Shown here piece by piece: positions 9,975-21,693 of a stretch of 64,000 bases of DNA. Location: assembly GCA_040182905.1 (NCBI GenBank), contig JARQWU010000011.1, positions 62,001 through 126,000 of the forward strand, in the 5' to 3' direction. The notes below the pieces were generated by a model that did no database searches, was not told the DNA's origin, and worked only from the letters and a program-made list of their open reading frames with translations. Within the stretch, counting starts at the first letter, position 1. The number at the start of each line of letters is the position of its first letter. The stretch comes from Barthelona sp. PAP020 (taxonomy: Eukaryota). The position numbers were made by a program, and so were the translations under genes.

Positions 9975-10982
9975 ATGGTTAAAATTGGAATCAACGGATT
10001 CGGTCGTATTGGACGTTTCGTCGCTAAGATTGCTGCTAAGAACCCCAACGTTACTCTCGTTGGTGTTAATGATCCTTTCTTAACTGCTGATTATATGGCT
10101 TATCTTATTCAATATGATACTGCTCAAAAGCGTTTCGAAGCTGATCTTTCTTATGATGTTGAAGCTGACACTCTTACTATTGATGGTCAAGTTGTCAAGT
10201 GCTTCCATGAAAGAGACCCTAAGGAAATCAACTGGGCTTCTGTTGGTGCTGAAATTGTTGTTGAATCTACTGGTATTTTCCTCAACGTTGATCAAGCCAA
10301 CGCTCACCTTGGTGAAACCGTCAAGAAAGTCGTCGTTTCTGCTCCTTCCAAGACTGCCCCCATGTTTGTTATGGGTGTCAACCACATGGATTTAACTCCT
10401 GAACACAACATTGTTTCCAATGCTTCTTGTACAACCAACTGTCTTGCTCCTTTAGTTAAGATCATTGATAAGGAATTCGGTATTGTTGAAGGTCTTATGT
10501 CTACCATTCATGCCGTTACTGCTACTCAATCTCAAGTTGATGCTCCTTCCAAGAAGAACTGGAGACTTGGTCGTGCTGGATGTTTCAACATTATCCCCAC
10601 TTCTACTGGTGCTGCTGTTGCCGTTGGTAAGGTTTATCCTTCTATTCTCGGTAAGCTCACTGGTATGGCTTTCCGTGTTCCCGTTTTGACTGGTTCTGTT
10701 GTTGATTTAACCGTCAAGCTTGCCAAGGAAACCACTTATGAAGAAATTTGCGCCAAAGTTAAGGAATATTCTGAAGGTGAATTAAAGGGTATTATGGGTT
10801 ATACTGATCTTCCCAATGTTTCTGCCGATTTCATTGGTGACAGCCGTTCTTCCATCTTTGATGCCAAGGCCGGTATTATGCTCAACCCCACCTTTGTCAA
10901 GCTCATCTCTTGGTATGATAATGAAGCTGGTTATTCCAACCGTGTCATTGATCTTTGCATCGAATTATCCAAGTATTTCTAA
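9975..10982 (+). CDS. GAPDH: Glyceraldehyde-3-phosphate dehydrogenase
   Basis: [28 protein letters not shown]; strong codon bias. ATG at 9975. Confidence 0.97.
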   Translation: MVKIGINGFGRIGRFVAKIAAKNPNVTLVGVNDPFLTADYMAYLIQYDTAQKRFEADLSYDVEADTLTIDGQVVKCFHERDPKEINWASVGAEIVVESTGIFLNVDQANAHLGETVKKVVVSAPSKTAPMFVMGVNHMDLTPEHNIVSNASCTTNCLAPLVKIIDKEFGIVEGLMSTIHAVTATQSQVDAPSKKNWRLGRAGCFNIIPTSTGAAVAVGKVYPSILGKLTGMAFRVPVLTGSVVDLTVKLAKETTYEEICAKVKEYSEGELKGIMGYTDLPNVSADFIGDSRSSIFDAKAGIMLNPTFVKLISWYDNEAGYSNRVIDLCIELSKYF

Positions 10983-11349
10983 GCTTTTCAAATATAGTTT
11001 TCTTGACACAGTAATTTTTATGTAAAAAATATGCGTGTTTTATTTTTTTTTTTTTCATCAACATCAACATGAATGTTCAATAATCATGATCAAATAAAAT
11101 ATGTTAATGTTCAAAATGTAACAATTGTAAGAAAAAATAATCGACTTTCCTTTGTGAAAGAATATTGTTTTTACAAGAAAAAAAACAAATAATTTTTTTT
11201 ACATTTGAAATGTTTAAAAATACGAACTAATTATTAAATTTATAACAATAATCAAATTAAAAGACAATTAAACCGAAAAGAATCAAACAATTGCAACAGA
11301 AAAATATTTAAAAAAACTTGAATAAAACCATTAAAATTATCACATAAAA

Positions 11350-14300
11350 ATGCAAGAAAATAATTCAATAAACAATGATAATGTAGAAGAAGTCTTGATA
11401 CACAAGATGGAATTAAAGATCACTCAAAAATGGGGGAATAATGAATTTCCTAATTTAACTATGATACATGAACCACAACAAGTTGAGACATGTGGAAAAA
11501 ATCGGTTGATAATTCAAGATAATCGAGGTATGGTTGAGTTGTTTGATGATGGTATTGAAAATCGATTCTTATCTATTTTGACCGGAAATGAGAATCAAGA
11601 TATAAAGAGTATTCGAGGATGGATATATCTAAAGGAATGGGACATTCATATTTTAGGGTTTTCGAATGGTATTATTCAAATTCTATCTAGTACTTTCGTT
11701 GTTCTACATAATGAGCATCTTCAAAAGCAAGTAATTAGTTTAAACTTTAGTAAAAGGACGGAGGAACTGCTTGTTATTAATGAAGCTGGAATTTCTTTCT
11801 TTTCGCTGCCCTTACAATTTCGACTTGATAAAAATGAGCTCAAATTGGACTACAAAGATAAGTTTGTGTTTGAAAGGTCGGTTGAGATTCCTATTGAGAT
11901 GAAGAAGAAGATGCATGAACGAAACTATTGGATTGAAAAGTCTATTTTTATCAAAGATGAATCACAAGTTGTTTTAAAGCTAAACGATTGCGTTCTGATC
12001 TGTAGATATTACATAGAAACAGTTAAAAAATTTAAACCAAAGCCAAAAGTGAAAACCCTGTCATTTAGAACAATCAATGAGTTTTCTAACACTTTAGTGT
12101 CTGTTAGTTCGGCAAACATGGATACAGAACCATTACAGAAGAATGTTGGGTCTACCTTTTTTTCTTTCAATCATTTGATCACCACACCAAAGAATGAAAA
12201 GATTGTTGAAATTTTTGCCAACGAGAATTACATAATAACATCAACTATTGCAAATATTATTCACATTTATAACACATTTGGTGATCATTTGCATTCGTTT
12301 GAGGATGTTCCGGCACAAGTGGATCACATGATCACCCATCCTGAATACTCTTATTTACTCTTGGCGATTCTAAGTACAGGAAGGATGATCATCTACAATC
12401 TTGAGAGCTTCAGGTATTTGTTTGACTTTCATAACTTGTCTGATCTCACTGGTGTATATCCCATCACGACATCGAATAGTAACCAAAAACAGGATTCAAT
12501 GAGTCATTTCGACAACACTGAGTTCATCACATCCAATGGTATAAATTGTGTCCCAACACCTCATTTCATCATTTCTAGTTTTCACGAGATTTATAAGATT
12601 CATTTGCCAATCATATTCAAGCCTTATTATTATATAGACAGTGTTCTCAACGATATGAATATTGCTTTCTCAATTGGACCTCATTGTCAAATACTCTTTT
12701 CGCATTATCAAAATTCGATCAAAATAATGAATGTTCTAGATGGTCGAATGTTTCGACCTCTTTTATCTCATCCTAAGATGGGAAATATGATTCATTTATA
12801 TATACGTAAAGCATACCGTTGGTTTTATCTGTTGTATGATGAAGGTTATATAGGTATTATGGGTGTAAATGAGCATTCTATGATGCAAATGGCTGTATGG
12901 GATATAACTAAGTTAAATTGTACATGTTTTGTATTATCTAAATTAGCTAAATTAACGTTTGATCATTTGACTATGCAAACAGTTGATAGTGAATATGAAT
13001 ATCTTTTATTAGGAACTTTTAGAGGTGATTTGGTCATTATGAATGCAGACACTAGCGAAATCATACATATCTACTCAAAACATCGTTATCCTATTTCAAA
13101 AATCTTTGTGATTGAAGAGGCTGAATTAGTCATCACTGTCGATTCACATTGTAACGCTTTTGGATGGAGAGTTGTTAATGGAAAATTTATCGCGATTATT
13201 CAATTAATATTTGAAGGTATGAATGAAATCAAGGAGATATTTGGAGACAAAAACTCAAAATTGATAGTTTTTGCTGAAAATGGATTGATTCATCTGTTTG
13301 ATTACAGTAATCATTTAAAGGACACTCAAATTCATCCAAATAATAGTAAAAACAAAAGCAATTTGAATAGTAATCAAAACTTTCAAAACTTTCAAAGTTA
13401 TTCAAATCTTTATCCAATAAACTCTATTAAAATGAATAGTTCCATTATTAAGATCATACGTCATCCAATTATGGACATAGTTTCTATATTATTAAACGAT
13501 GGGGAACTTCGAACGTTCTCCAATATATTTTTAGCTAATCTAGTGTCTATTTTAACAATACCAACACCTTTAGAGGAAATTACGTTTTTTCAAGAGGATG
13601 CTGCAATTTTAATGAATTGGAGAAACGATTTATATGTTCTAGAAGCTTCTTTTATCGTAGGTCCCAATTTTTTATGTATTAAAGATTATTCCAAGGGTGG
13701 AAATGGAAGATTTGACGATAATTCCAAAACTACAACCATTCCAGCAAATTTACGCAGTGATAAACTAGATTTCACACCTTATATTGTTGGGGGTAATATC
13801 AAATATGCAATAAGTAATATCAACAATGAAAACGAAGCAAACATTGCACACAGTAACAGTCACAGTAATTTTGATAGTTATGAGTTTTCAAACTTTTCAA
13901 ATTCTTCAGTACATTCCACGGAATCCATGCCAAACACAAATACCAATTCCCTTGGTGGTACAGGAACGTTTCATTCATCGAGAAAATCTTATGCTGCCAG
14001 TTTTTATGATGGTGGATTCTTTGAAGATAACGATGCTATTTTTGAAACGAATGAAGAAGAAACTCAAGAAAAAATAATGGGATTGATTAAAGAATTAGCC
14101 CATGAACAAGTTGTGGAGATGCCTTTCAATCGTATTCCTGTGCCTAAGATTCCACCACCACCATTGAAAATAGATAGACCAACCTTATTATCAAATTTAT
14201 TTGGTAAAGATAATGATAGTTCAATTGATACTCCAAAGTCTTTAGGATCTTCTCATTCACTTGAATTATTAGACCCTGTACCCCCACCTTTACCATTGGA

Positions 14301-16080
14301 TAATATTCTTGATGGAATTAACATAACAAATGTACGTTCAAGAATTGAAAGACAACGACAATTACAAGATCAATTTAAAAAAGATCAATTAGAAAAGGAA
14401 AGGAAAAGAAAAGAAGAAGAAGAAGAAAAGGAAATGATGAAACAAAAGGAAAATGATAAAGAAGAAGACTTCATTAACATTGGTGTTCTTGATCAATATT
14501 CCAAGACTTCCAGAAAGTCTGGTAAAAATAAGAATAAAGATAAACAACTTAAGAATTCAACTGTAAAATCGAATTTGAATACTAACATTCATTTATCTAG
14601 CAAAACAAAAAATAATACTAGTCTTAATAATAACAAAACAGCCAGATTAAGCAGTCGAAAATCTTCAAGAAGGAATTCCATTACTTCTGTAAATGGAAAT
14701 TTTTCAAAAGTTTCTTCCATTATTGTTGATTCAACGTCATCTATTGCCAAAGGCTCAGTTAGATATGTCCCAGATTTTGGTTTTATTCATGAAGTCGATG
14801 AGATTGAATCTGCCAAAGATTTATTGAAAAAAGGAATAACAACAACTTTACCAATGGATAAAACAGTGAGTCAAACACATAGTAGTTTTGCCTTGTCATT
14901 AGAATCTTCAAATAGTCAGCTAAATTTAGTTAAAGTGGTCAAACACAAAGTTGTTGAGCCAAATTCTTCTTCCCATTCCAAAAAGAGAAGAAAGAGTTTC
15001 ACAAATCAATTCTTTAATGATGGGCAAATGCCATCTGAAATTGAATCTGTGTTTTCTTCAGATGAAGAAGATTTTGTCATTGATGATGATCTGGAGAATT
15101 TAGAAGATATTGAAGAGATAGATTTAGCCGCTTCCATGACCAATCTAATGAAATCGCAGATAAACAGAAACAAGAAGAATTTTGAAGACACAAAACCTTT
15201 GAGCTCAGATGCAGATTCTATTTCTAGCAACTCTACTGCTAAATCTAGAACAAAATTCAATAAACACAGAAGGAGATCTTCAATAAAGGCAAAGTTATTT
15301 TCTCCATCAAGCCAAAACCTACTTTCTGCTACATCTAGAACTAAAAGTAACACCAATGGGACAATGAACAGTTCAAAAAACATTCATTTTTCCTCATCTG
15401 AAGATGAAGTTGACAGTAGCAGCAGCAATGGTGATTTTGATAACAATTCCAAGAACAAAGCCATTTTAGTCAACATCAATCGTCCCAAGAATATAAGTCA
15501 ATCAAATGATGATGAAGACTACATAAAAAGTCAACCGAATTCCAATAAATCCTTGAAAACCTCAAAAATTGCGATGGTTGGACATGAAATCATTGAACCA
15601 TCTTCTTCGACTTATAAAACAACAAAGATACCTCGAATGATCAGTGTTTCAAGTTCTTCTGAGTATCTTCATGATGATACACCCGAGAATTTTGATGAAC
15701 ATCCTACATCGACAACTATTGAACAAAAGCATTCCACATCCAAATCAAATTTGATGACTGATATCAAGTATGATCTAAATTTGAAGGATTCAGGAGATAT
15801 TAATGATGAAAATTTTGATGTATATTCTGATTTTGGTGATGAAATTAATGTTGAAAATACTGAAAATTTAAAAGAAATTAAAGAAAAGAAGTCGAAAACA
15901 CAAAAAAGAGAAAAACAAAAAGAAAAGGGGAAAAATGAAAGAATATCAGTCTTTTATCAAAATAACTCAGTATTTATTCCAAAGTCTACTGGTTTAACAC
16001 CTAAATTATTGACGCAATTTCCTTTATTTCAACATTTACCTCCAATATTGGTTGATAACGTTGTAAATCAATCTTTGTAA
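11350..16080 (+). CDS. Large protein, probable WD40/beta-propeller N-terminal half and low-complexity S/N/K/E-rich C-terminal half
   Basis: 1576 aa open frame; WD-like segments such as LLLGTFRGDLVIMN...HRYPISKI and AVWDI. Confidence 0.6.
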   Translation: MQENNSINNDNVEEVLIHKMELKITQKWGNNEFPNLTMIHEPQQVETCGKNRLIIQDNRGMVELFDDGIENRFLSILTGNENQDIKSIRGWIYLKEWDIHILGFSNGIIQILSSTFVVLHNEHLQKQVISLNFSKRTEELLVINEAGISFFSLPLQFRLDKNELKLDYKDKFVFERSVEIPIEMKKKMHERNYWIEKSIFIKDESQVVLKLNDCVLICRYYIETVKKFKPKPKVKTLSFRTINEFSNTLVSVSSANMDTEPLQKNVGSTFFSFNHLITTPKNEKIVEIFANENYIITSTIANIIHIYNTFGDHLHSFEDVPAQVDHMITHPEYSYLLLAILSTGRMIIYNLESFRYLFDFHNLSDLTGVYPITTSNSNQKQDSMSHFDNTEFITSNGINCVPTPHFIISSFHEIYKIHLPIIFKPYYYIDSVLNDMNIAFSIGPHCQILFSHYQNSIKIMNVLDGRMFRPLLSHPKMGNMIHLYIRKAYRWFYLLYDEGYIGIMGVNEHSMMQMAVWDITKLNCTCFVLSKLAKLTFDHLTMQTVDSEYEYLLLGTFRGDLVIMNADTSEIIHIYSKHRYPISKIFVIEEAELVITVDSHCNAFGWRVVNGKFIAIIQLIFEGMNEIKEIFGDKNSKLIVFAENGLIHLFDYSNHLKDTQIHPNNSKNKSNLNSNQNFQNFQSYSNLYPINSIKMNSSIIKIIRHPIMDIVSILLNDGELRTFSNIFLANLVSILTIPTPLEEITFFQEDAAILMNWRNDLYVLEASFIVGPNFLCIKDYSKGGNGRFDDNSKTTTIPANLRSDKLDFTPYIVGGNIKYAISNINNENEANIAHSNSHSNFDSYEFSNFSNSSVHSTESMPNTNTNSLGGTGTFHSSRKSYAASFYDGGFFEDNDAIFETNEEETQEKIMGLIKELAHEQVVEMPFNRIPVPKIPPPPLKIDRPTLLSNLFGKDNDSSIDTPKSLGSSHSLELLDPVPPPLPLDNILDGINITNVRSRIERQRQLQDQFKKDQLEKERKRKEEEEEKEMMKQKENDKEEDFINIGVLDQYSKTSRKSGKNKNKDKQLKNSTVKSNLNTNIHLSSKTKNNTSLNNNKTARLSSRKSSRRNSITSVNGNFSKVSSIIVDSTSSIAKGSVRYVPDFGFIHEVDEIESAKDLLKKGITTTLPMDKTVSQTHSSFALSLESSNSQLNLVKVVKHKVVEPNSSSHSKKRRKSFTNQFFNDGQMPSEIESVFSSDEEDFVIDDDLENLEDIEEIDLAASMTNLMKSQINRNKKNFEDTKPLSSDADSISSNSTAKSRTKFNKHRRRSSIKAKLFSPSSQNLLSATSRTKSNTNGTMNSSKNIHFSSSEDEVDSSSSNGDFDNNSKNKAILVNINRPKNISQSNDDEDYIKSQPNSNKSLKTSKIAMVGHEIIEPSSSTYKTTKIPRMISVSSSSEYLHDDTPENFDEHPTSTTIEQKHSTSKSNLMTDIKYDLNLKDSGDINDENFDVYSDFGDEINVENTENLKEIKEKKSKTQKREKQKEKGKNERISVFYQNNSVFIPKSTGLTPKLLTQFPLFQHLPPILVDNVVNQSL

Positions 16081-16267
16081 AAGTTTATAATTAAGTTATT
16101 TTATTTATTTATTTTATATTTATATTATACCTAAAAATACAAAAAATATTTAATTGATTGATCAAAAGAAAAAAGCAACATGAAAAAAACACCAATTCAT
16201 GTTTCTTCTCTTTTCAATTTTTCAATTCAATTGTTATTTCCTTGTATACTCGATTTTAAATTTAATA

Positions 16268-16765
16268 ATGAATAATGATCCTTTGAAATTAAATCAATTA
16301 TTACAAAAATCCAGAAGTTCTTTATATGAAAAAATTTTATCACCTTTTGAACAAAAGATCACTTCTGGTGAACAGATAATTACAGAAGAAAAAATCAATA
16401 ATCCTGTTTTAATACAAAATAGGGAAATTTCTACTGATGATATATCTGAAAAGAACAAACAATTGTATGGTTTGTTAAGATGTTGGACTTTGACCTCTCA
16501 CACAACAAATTTACCTGATATTCCTCCATTACCTATAATTAGACCTGATATTCGTCCTATTTTTCCTGAATATGAGCCTGTACAAAGAAAAATTGAATAT
16601 TTTGAGATGGATTTACCCTCTCAATGGAATCCCCCGACCATTTCTGAATTACAAACCGAATTTAAATCCAAAGCAACTGCTGAACGTTGGGTATATGAGG
16701 AATGGATTGTTAATTGTTTGAACAGCAGTAAGAAATCGTTAAAATGGCTAACTGACAATGTTTGA
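16268..16765 (+). CDS. Small protein, possibly LIN37-like (MuvB/DREAM)
   Basis: LYGLLRCW resembles the LIN37 LYxLCRxW motif, followed by a Pro-rich segment and a C-terminal RW helix. The start could also be 16199. Confidence 0.35.
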   Translation: MNNDPLKLNQLLQKSRSSLYEKILSPFEQKITSGEQIITEEKINNPVLIQNREISTDDISEKNKQLYGLLRCWTLTSHTTNLPDIPPLPIIRPDIRPIFPEYEPVQRKIEYFEMDLPSQWNPPTISELQTEFKSKATAERWVYEEWIVNCLNSSKKSLKWLTDNV

Positions 16766-16821
16766 TTGGTATAACAAAAAAAAAAAAAAAAAACCTGAAT
16801 AACATGGTTTGACAAGTAAAT

Positions 16822-18560
16822 TTACAAAGTTTCTAAAGTATCCAAAAGATCAGCAAAAGGATCTTCGTCTTTCTGTTTATTCACACCTTTGATTTGTTTT
16901 GCTTTTTGTTCGATTTGTTTTGTAGGTGTTACTGTGAATGGTGAACTCTTCTTTTGAACTTGATTTTGACTCTTATTTTGAGTAAAAAGTGAAGTCTGTG
17001 AAGTTTGAGGAGTTGGTTTATTGTTGTACGATTTTTGTTGCTTTGCTTGAGATTTAAATAATACTGTGTTTGTGACAGTAGAAGTATCATAGGGTTCATT
17101 GTCGAATAAATCAAGAATATCTGTTGTTTTTTCTTTTTCATGTTTTATCTCACCAAAGAAGTCTTCTTCTTGCTTTAAATTGCTTTGAGACACATTGAAA
17201 AAATCGTCTTCAACAAAGTTAGAAACATTGGAAACATTGGAAACATTGGAAACATTGGAAATCTTGGGAGATGTTCTTTGTGTTTGAGTTTGGGGTTTTT
17301 TAGATGTTTCAGTAATCAAATCATTGAAAAAATCATTGCCTACATCAGATAACAATTGATCTGCCCTAGAATAAGACCTGGGACGTTGTTGCTTGACATT
17401 ACGTTCTGTTTTAGAAAGAGAACGAACTCTAGTTGATGAATCAGTAACTGAAGACCTTTTCGCTTCAACTTCATGCCCAAAAACAAGATCAAATTTTTCA
17501 TCTCGTTCAACTTGATCTTCTTCCTCAACTTCTATGTTGTCTTTGATTGCATCAAAAAATTCAATTTCCTCTTCCTTATCTTGTTCATCAGCTTTATTTT
17601 CTTTCTCGGAAATATGATCAACATTTGTCGAAAGCTTCTCAATTTCGACATCAGCCAATTTTATCCCAGATTCAACATAAACTTCCAATTTTTCAAGTAA
17701 ACTCTCTGGATAACTCTCCAAACGAGGAATAACAATACCCAACTCTCCTCTAACCAAATCAAGGAAATTTTCCAACTTATTATTCATTCTTAAATAATTT
17801 TCAAACAATGTTTTCAGTTCAATGAGGTCAGATTGCTTCAATTTAGATAAATTCTTCAATAATATGGTTAACATCTCAGTAATGGTCACATATAATCGGC
17901 GACAATCATTAAAGATAGTGTGTAACGACTCTTTGATTGATGGTTGCTCTAAATTTTTCTTATGATAGTTGATAGAACATCCCAAATCAATTTGATCTAA
18001 ATAGCTTTCAACCTTTAGTAATAATTGATTCATTGGAAAATCTTTCATATTTGTAAAACGTTTAGACCTCTCAATACATTGATGAAATCTTTTGGTGTTG
18101 GATAATTTAACAACAACATAACTGGACAATCCTCTCACTATTTCTGCTTGCTCGAAACTTAAACCATCTCGAGAATCTGAAAAAGATTTGAATCTCTGAA
18201 GAGGTCTTATTAATTCAGTCAAAGGCTCCAAAACAGATACATCTCCTTCATTTAATAATCTAATTATAACAATCAATGATTTTAATATAACAATAGCATG
18301 TTGCTCTTGTAATCTTTGAGATAATCCTTCCTTTATATCCTTTTCAGTAAAAGGGGGTTCAGCTCCTTGAGAAACTTTAATTAAAACTAAAATTATTAGT
18401 GTTTTAATTATAAATATAATAAATAATTACATTCAATATGCTTTTCTTTAGGTGCAACATTATCATGATTTGTCGCTTTAACAATGGATTTTTGTAATGT
18501 ATTTTGTACACCAGCGTAAAGGGAATCACCAAGCCTTGTAAAAAAGGATGCTTCACTCAT
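16822..18560 (-). CDS. ANTH-domain clathrin adaptor (AP180/CALM-like); 2 exons (18560-18431, 18386-16822)
   Basis: Spliced N-terminus IVKATNHDNVAPKEKHI...IVILKSLIVIIRLLNEGD; tail with DFF, DLF and DPF motifs. Confidence 0.85.
18387..18430 (-). other. 44-nt spliceosomal intron in the AP180-like gene
   Basis: GTAATT...CACTAATAATTTTAG; removal restores the ANTH frame. Confidence 0.85.
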
Positions 18561-18809
18561 AAAAAAAAAATGGAAAAATTATTATCAATATTGATCTCTC
18601 ATTAAGCACTATTAATATAATGCTATCAATCAAAACATTGAAATGTTCACTTTATTATTATGTGTATATTTTTGATAAACAGACAGTTCAAGTCGTGAAC
18701 AATGTAAAAAAAGTAAAAATCAACACAACTATTTATTTCTAGACATCAGCAGATGTTTTTTACCTCATAAATATTCAAACAAATGAAAAATTTACAAAAA
18801 TTATAAAAC

Positions 18810-19383
18810 TCACAATTTGATTTGTTTTGTTTCATACTCTTCATCATTCTTTGCCTTATATGCTCTAACAATAATATCATCATCCCTAATATCTAATAAA
18901 ATAAAAGAAGGTGCATTTTCTGGATTCTCTGGATGAAAAGCTCCTGTAATCGAACCAGGATTGATAAAAAGGACCCCATCTTGTTTAAAACATGATATCT
19001 CGTGTGTATCTCCGTATATTAAAACATCACAATTCAATCTACGAGCAATCATAGCTAAACTATCAACATTATCTTTTGGAACAACCTGATGACCATGTAT
19101 AACTCCAAATTTAGTATTGCCTATTGTGACAAGGTATTCTTCTGGCAAAGAAATAGTATCAAATTGCCCAGAAGTTACATATACAGAATTAGACAAACTT
19201 TTTAAATATTCTAATTGACTCCTAGAACACAAATTTCCAGTACAAATAACATGTTGAACTCGATCAGGGTGCAAAATTCTGGAAAAAACTGGTGGAATAG
19301 CAAAACTTCTAGAAGGAATGTGTAAATCCCCACAAACAAGAATAAACTATGGTTAGATTAAAAAAATTGACAAAAAATACCAT
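18810..19383 (-). CDS. VPS29: Retromer subunit VPS29; the coding part of exon 1 is only the ATG (19383-19381), exon 2 is 19346-18810
   Basis: M|FILVCGDLHIP, HVICTGNL, IHGHQVVP, INPGSITGA, PSFILLDI. Confidence 0.92.
19347..19380 (-). other. 34-nt intron directly after the VPS29 start codon
   Basis: ATG|GTATTT...TCTAACCATAG|TTT. Confidence 0.85.
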
Positions 19384-19449
19384 TTGCAATGAAAAAGGTT
19401 GTTTTTGAAAAAGAAAAAAACCACTTTTATTTTTTCTTTAAAAGCAAAA

Positions 19450-21693
19450 ATGTCCGCTGTTTTAAGTTTCAACAATTTGATTGACGAAAAGGGTAATGAA
19501 TCAAGCAACAATGATATTCAAGAGAAATATCATTTGTGCAATTATTCTCCCCAATATTCAAAGCAAGAATTATTGGATTTATTTGTACGTATTCAGGAAT
19601 TACCTTCTGAATACAAGAATATTCCTGGTGTTGCTGTGATTGACCCTTATGATCCCGTCAACAGTATTGATATTGATTATTCAAAGATTTTTGAAGAGAG
19701 GAAAAAGTATCAAAAACGTACCAATCATCATAATAAAACAAAAAAAGATAATTATTCCCATGATTTTCACAGGGAAAAAACTTCTCAACGTACTTTGGAA
19801 AAGTTTCAGTTCAAGTCTAGTTCTTCAAACGATCTTGGATCCTTAAGTTCTGCTATGGATGAAGATTCATCTTTACTCAATGATCCTATTGCCAACAAAC
19901 CTTTAGGCTTGGGTCCAATTATTGCTGAACCTACCATTGAAAAGAAGCTTTATTATGAGTATATTGGTAATAACAAAGAAATTCATGGACCTTGGGGAGC
20001 TGATGAAATGCAAGCTTGGTATGATGCCAAACATTTGCCTGCAGATTTACCTATTCGTGTTGCTAATGATCCTATGCATACTCAATTTATTCGACTTGTT
20101 GAATTAATGGGAAAGAACGCCGATTTTCACAATAATCCTCATGAGAAGAAAGCTCCAATGGGCTTACCTAGCAACATTTCCCAATTTCACCAAGAAGATG
20201 TGTTTTATGGTCAATTAACATCATCTCCGATTATCAACAAGATGCTAAACTCAAAGTCTCCTCATGTTCCTGATAACTGGGAGGTTAATATCTTCAATCG
20301 TCAGAACGAACCTGAAAGTACAAAGCCAAAGGTTAGCAGTAGCGAATTTCTGTCAATGCCTTCTGATAATTGGAATGTTTCAGGTCTTAAAAAAGATACA
20401 AATGTTGTTGAAAAAGAAAATAAGGGAGATTTCCCCAAGAAAAGTGTTATCTCCATTGATGAAATTGAAACTCAGGAAAAGAAAGAAGTTAAGATTGATA
20501 CCGCCCAATTAATGAAACCTGCTACTGTTAAGAGAAGAGAAAAGAAAAGCATTTCAACACGAGAATCAACGCAAGTTGTCACAGCAGTTGCAACTGAAAT
20601 GAAAGTTGAAGAAAAATCACAAACAAACGTCATTAGTGGCCCTTCTAAAAGCAAAAATCAAAAGAAGAAAACTTTTTCAGTTGTTGTTTTGCCTGATGAT
20701 GAAACTTCTAACGAAATCTCTTTTGAAAAACCTCAAACAACAAACACAATTGATTCTTTAGCTCATTCCTTAGATGTTCAAATGGAAAATCAAAAGTCAA
20801 AAAAAGTGAATGTTGAACCCAAACATGTTATACCAGAGCGTGTTTCTAAGATTCAAGCTCAACAAAGACTGACGAAAAAATTGGAACAAGAAAAACAACA
20901 AGAACAAAAACAACAAGAACAAACAAAAAGGGGTATTTCTTTGATGCAAAATTTAAAGAAAGAATTTGGAAAAGTAGAAGTCATTGAAACTGCTGAAAAA
21001 CCAAAAGAAAAGGAAAGTAATATTGTTTTGAAGAAACCAGTGAAGAAAGTCACAACAACCACTTCCAGTTCAACCACAACTAATGTTTCTACAGTTGCTG
21101 TCAAACCAACTCCAAAATTCCATTTCAAAGAAGTTGTTGAAAAGCCAACTATTTCTTTGGCAGAACAAATTGCTGCTCAAGTAAAAGATAAAGAAACAAG
21201 AGAAAAAGAAGCATCAAAAACCAAATCTGTTTCAAATACTTTAGCTGCTTCTTTGAGTAGAAATTTGAACAAATCTGTCACTGCTGAAGCAAAAGCACAA
21301 AAGAAACTCATTGCTAGTACCGTTCAAGCACCCCAAAAAAATGTTGTTTCTACAGCAAAAACATCAAATGCTGTTAAAGGAAAACCAACATCATCTCAAT
21401 TATGGGGATCTAAGCAAAATAAACAGGAGTTACCAACAATTTCCAACAATTTCAGAAATTTTGCCATTGATGAACTGAGGAAATTACAACCCAAAACAGA
21501 GGTCGACATCAATGATTTTGTTGAAGTTTTATATGCATCAACTGATTTAGAATTGCAACAATTATGTCGTCGATATTTCGTGGAAAATCATGATTTGGAT
21601 GTGTTTATTGTTGATTTCAAAAAGAATAAAGCCTTTGAAATTATAGATGCTCAAAATGCTTTGAAGAAAACCAACAAACGCAGAAGAAAATAA
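19450..21693 (+). CDS. GYF-domain protein (GIGYF/Smy2-like)
   Basis: N-terminal YSKQELLDL (YxxxxL-phi, eIF4E/4EHP-binding type); GYF-like IHGPWGADEMQAWYDAKHLPADLPIR. Confidence 0.75.
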   Translation: MSAVLSFNNLIDEKGNESSNNDIQEKYHLCNYSPQYSKQELLDLFVRIQELPSEYKNIPGVAVIDPYDPVNSIDIDYSKIFEERKKYQKRTNHHNKTKKDNYSHDFHREKTSQRTLEKFQFKSSSSNDLGSLSSAMDEDSSLLNDPIANKPLGLGPIIAEPTIEKKLYYEYIGNNKEIHGPWGADEMQAWYDAKHLPADLPIRVANDPMHTQFIRLVELMGKNADFHNNPHEKKAPMGLPSNISQFHQEDVFYGQLTSSPIINKMLNSKSPHVPDNWEVNIFNRQNEPESTKPKVSSSEFLSMPSDNWNVSGLKKDTNVVEKENKGDFPKKSVISIDEIETQEKKEVKIDTAQLMKPATVKRREKKSISTRESTQVVTAVATEMKVEEKSQTNVISGPSKSKNQKKKTFSVVVLPDDETSNEISFEKPQTTNTIDSLAHSLDVQMENQKSKKVNVEPKHVIPERVSKIQAQQRLTKKLEQEKQQEQKQQEQTKRGISLMQNLKKEFGKVEVIETAEKPKEKESNIVLKKPVKKVTTTTSSSTTTNVSTVAVKPTPKFHFKEVVEKPTISLAEQIAAQVKDKETREKEASKTKSVSNTLAASLSRNLNKSVTAEAKAQKKLIASTVQAPQKNVVSTAKTSNAVKGKPTSSQLWGSKQNKQELPTISNNFRNFAIDELRKLQPKTEVDINDFVEVLYASTDLELQQLCRRYFVENHDLDVFIVDFKKNKAFEIIDAQNALKKTNKRRRK

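Noticed and set aside
17221..17260. 9-bp tandem repeat GGAAACATT
   Set aside because: It encodes SNV repeats in the disordered AP180-like tail; ordinary coding slippage.
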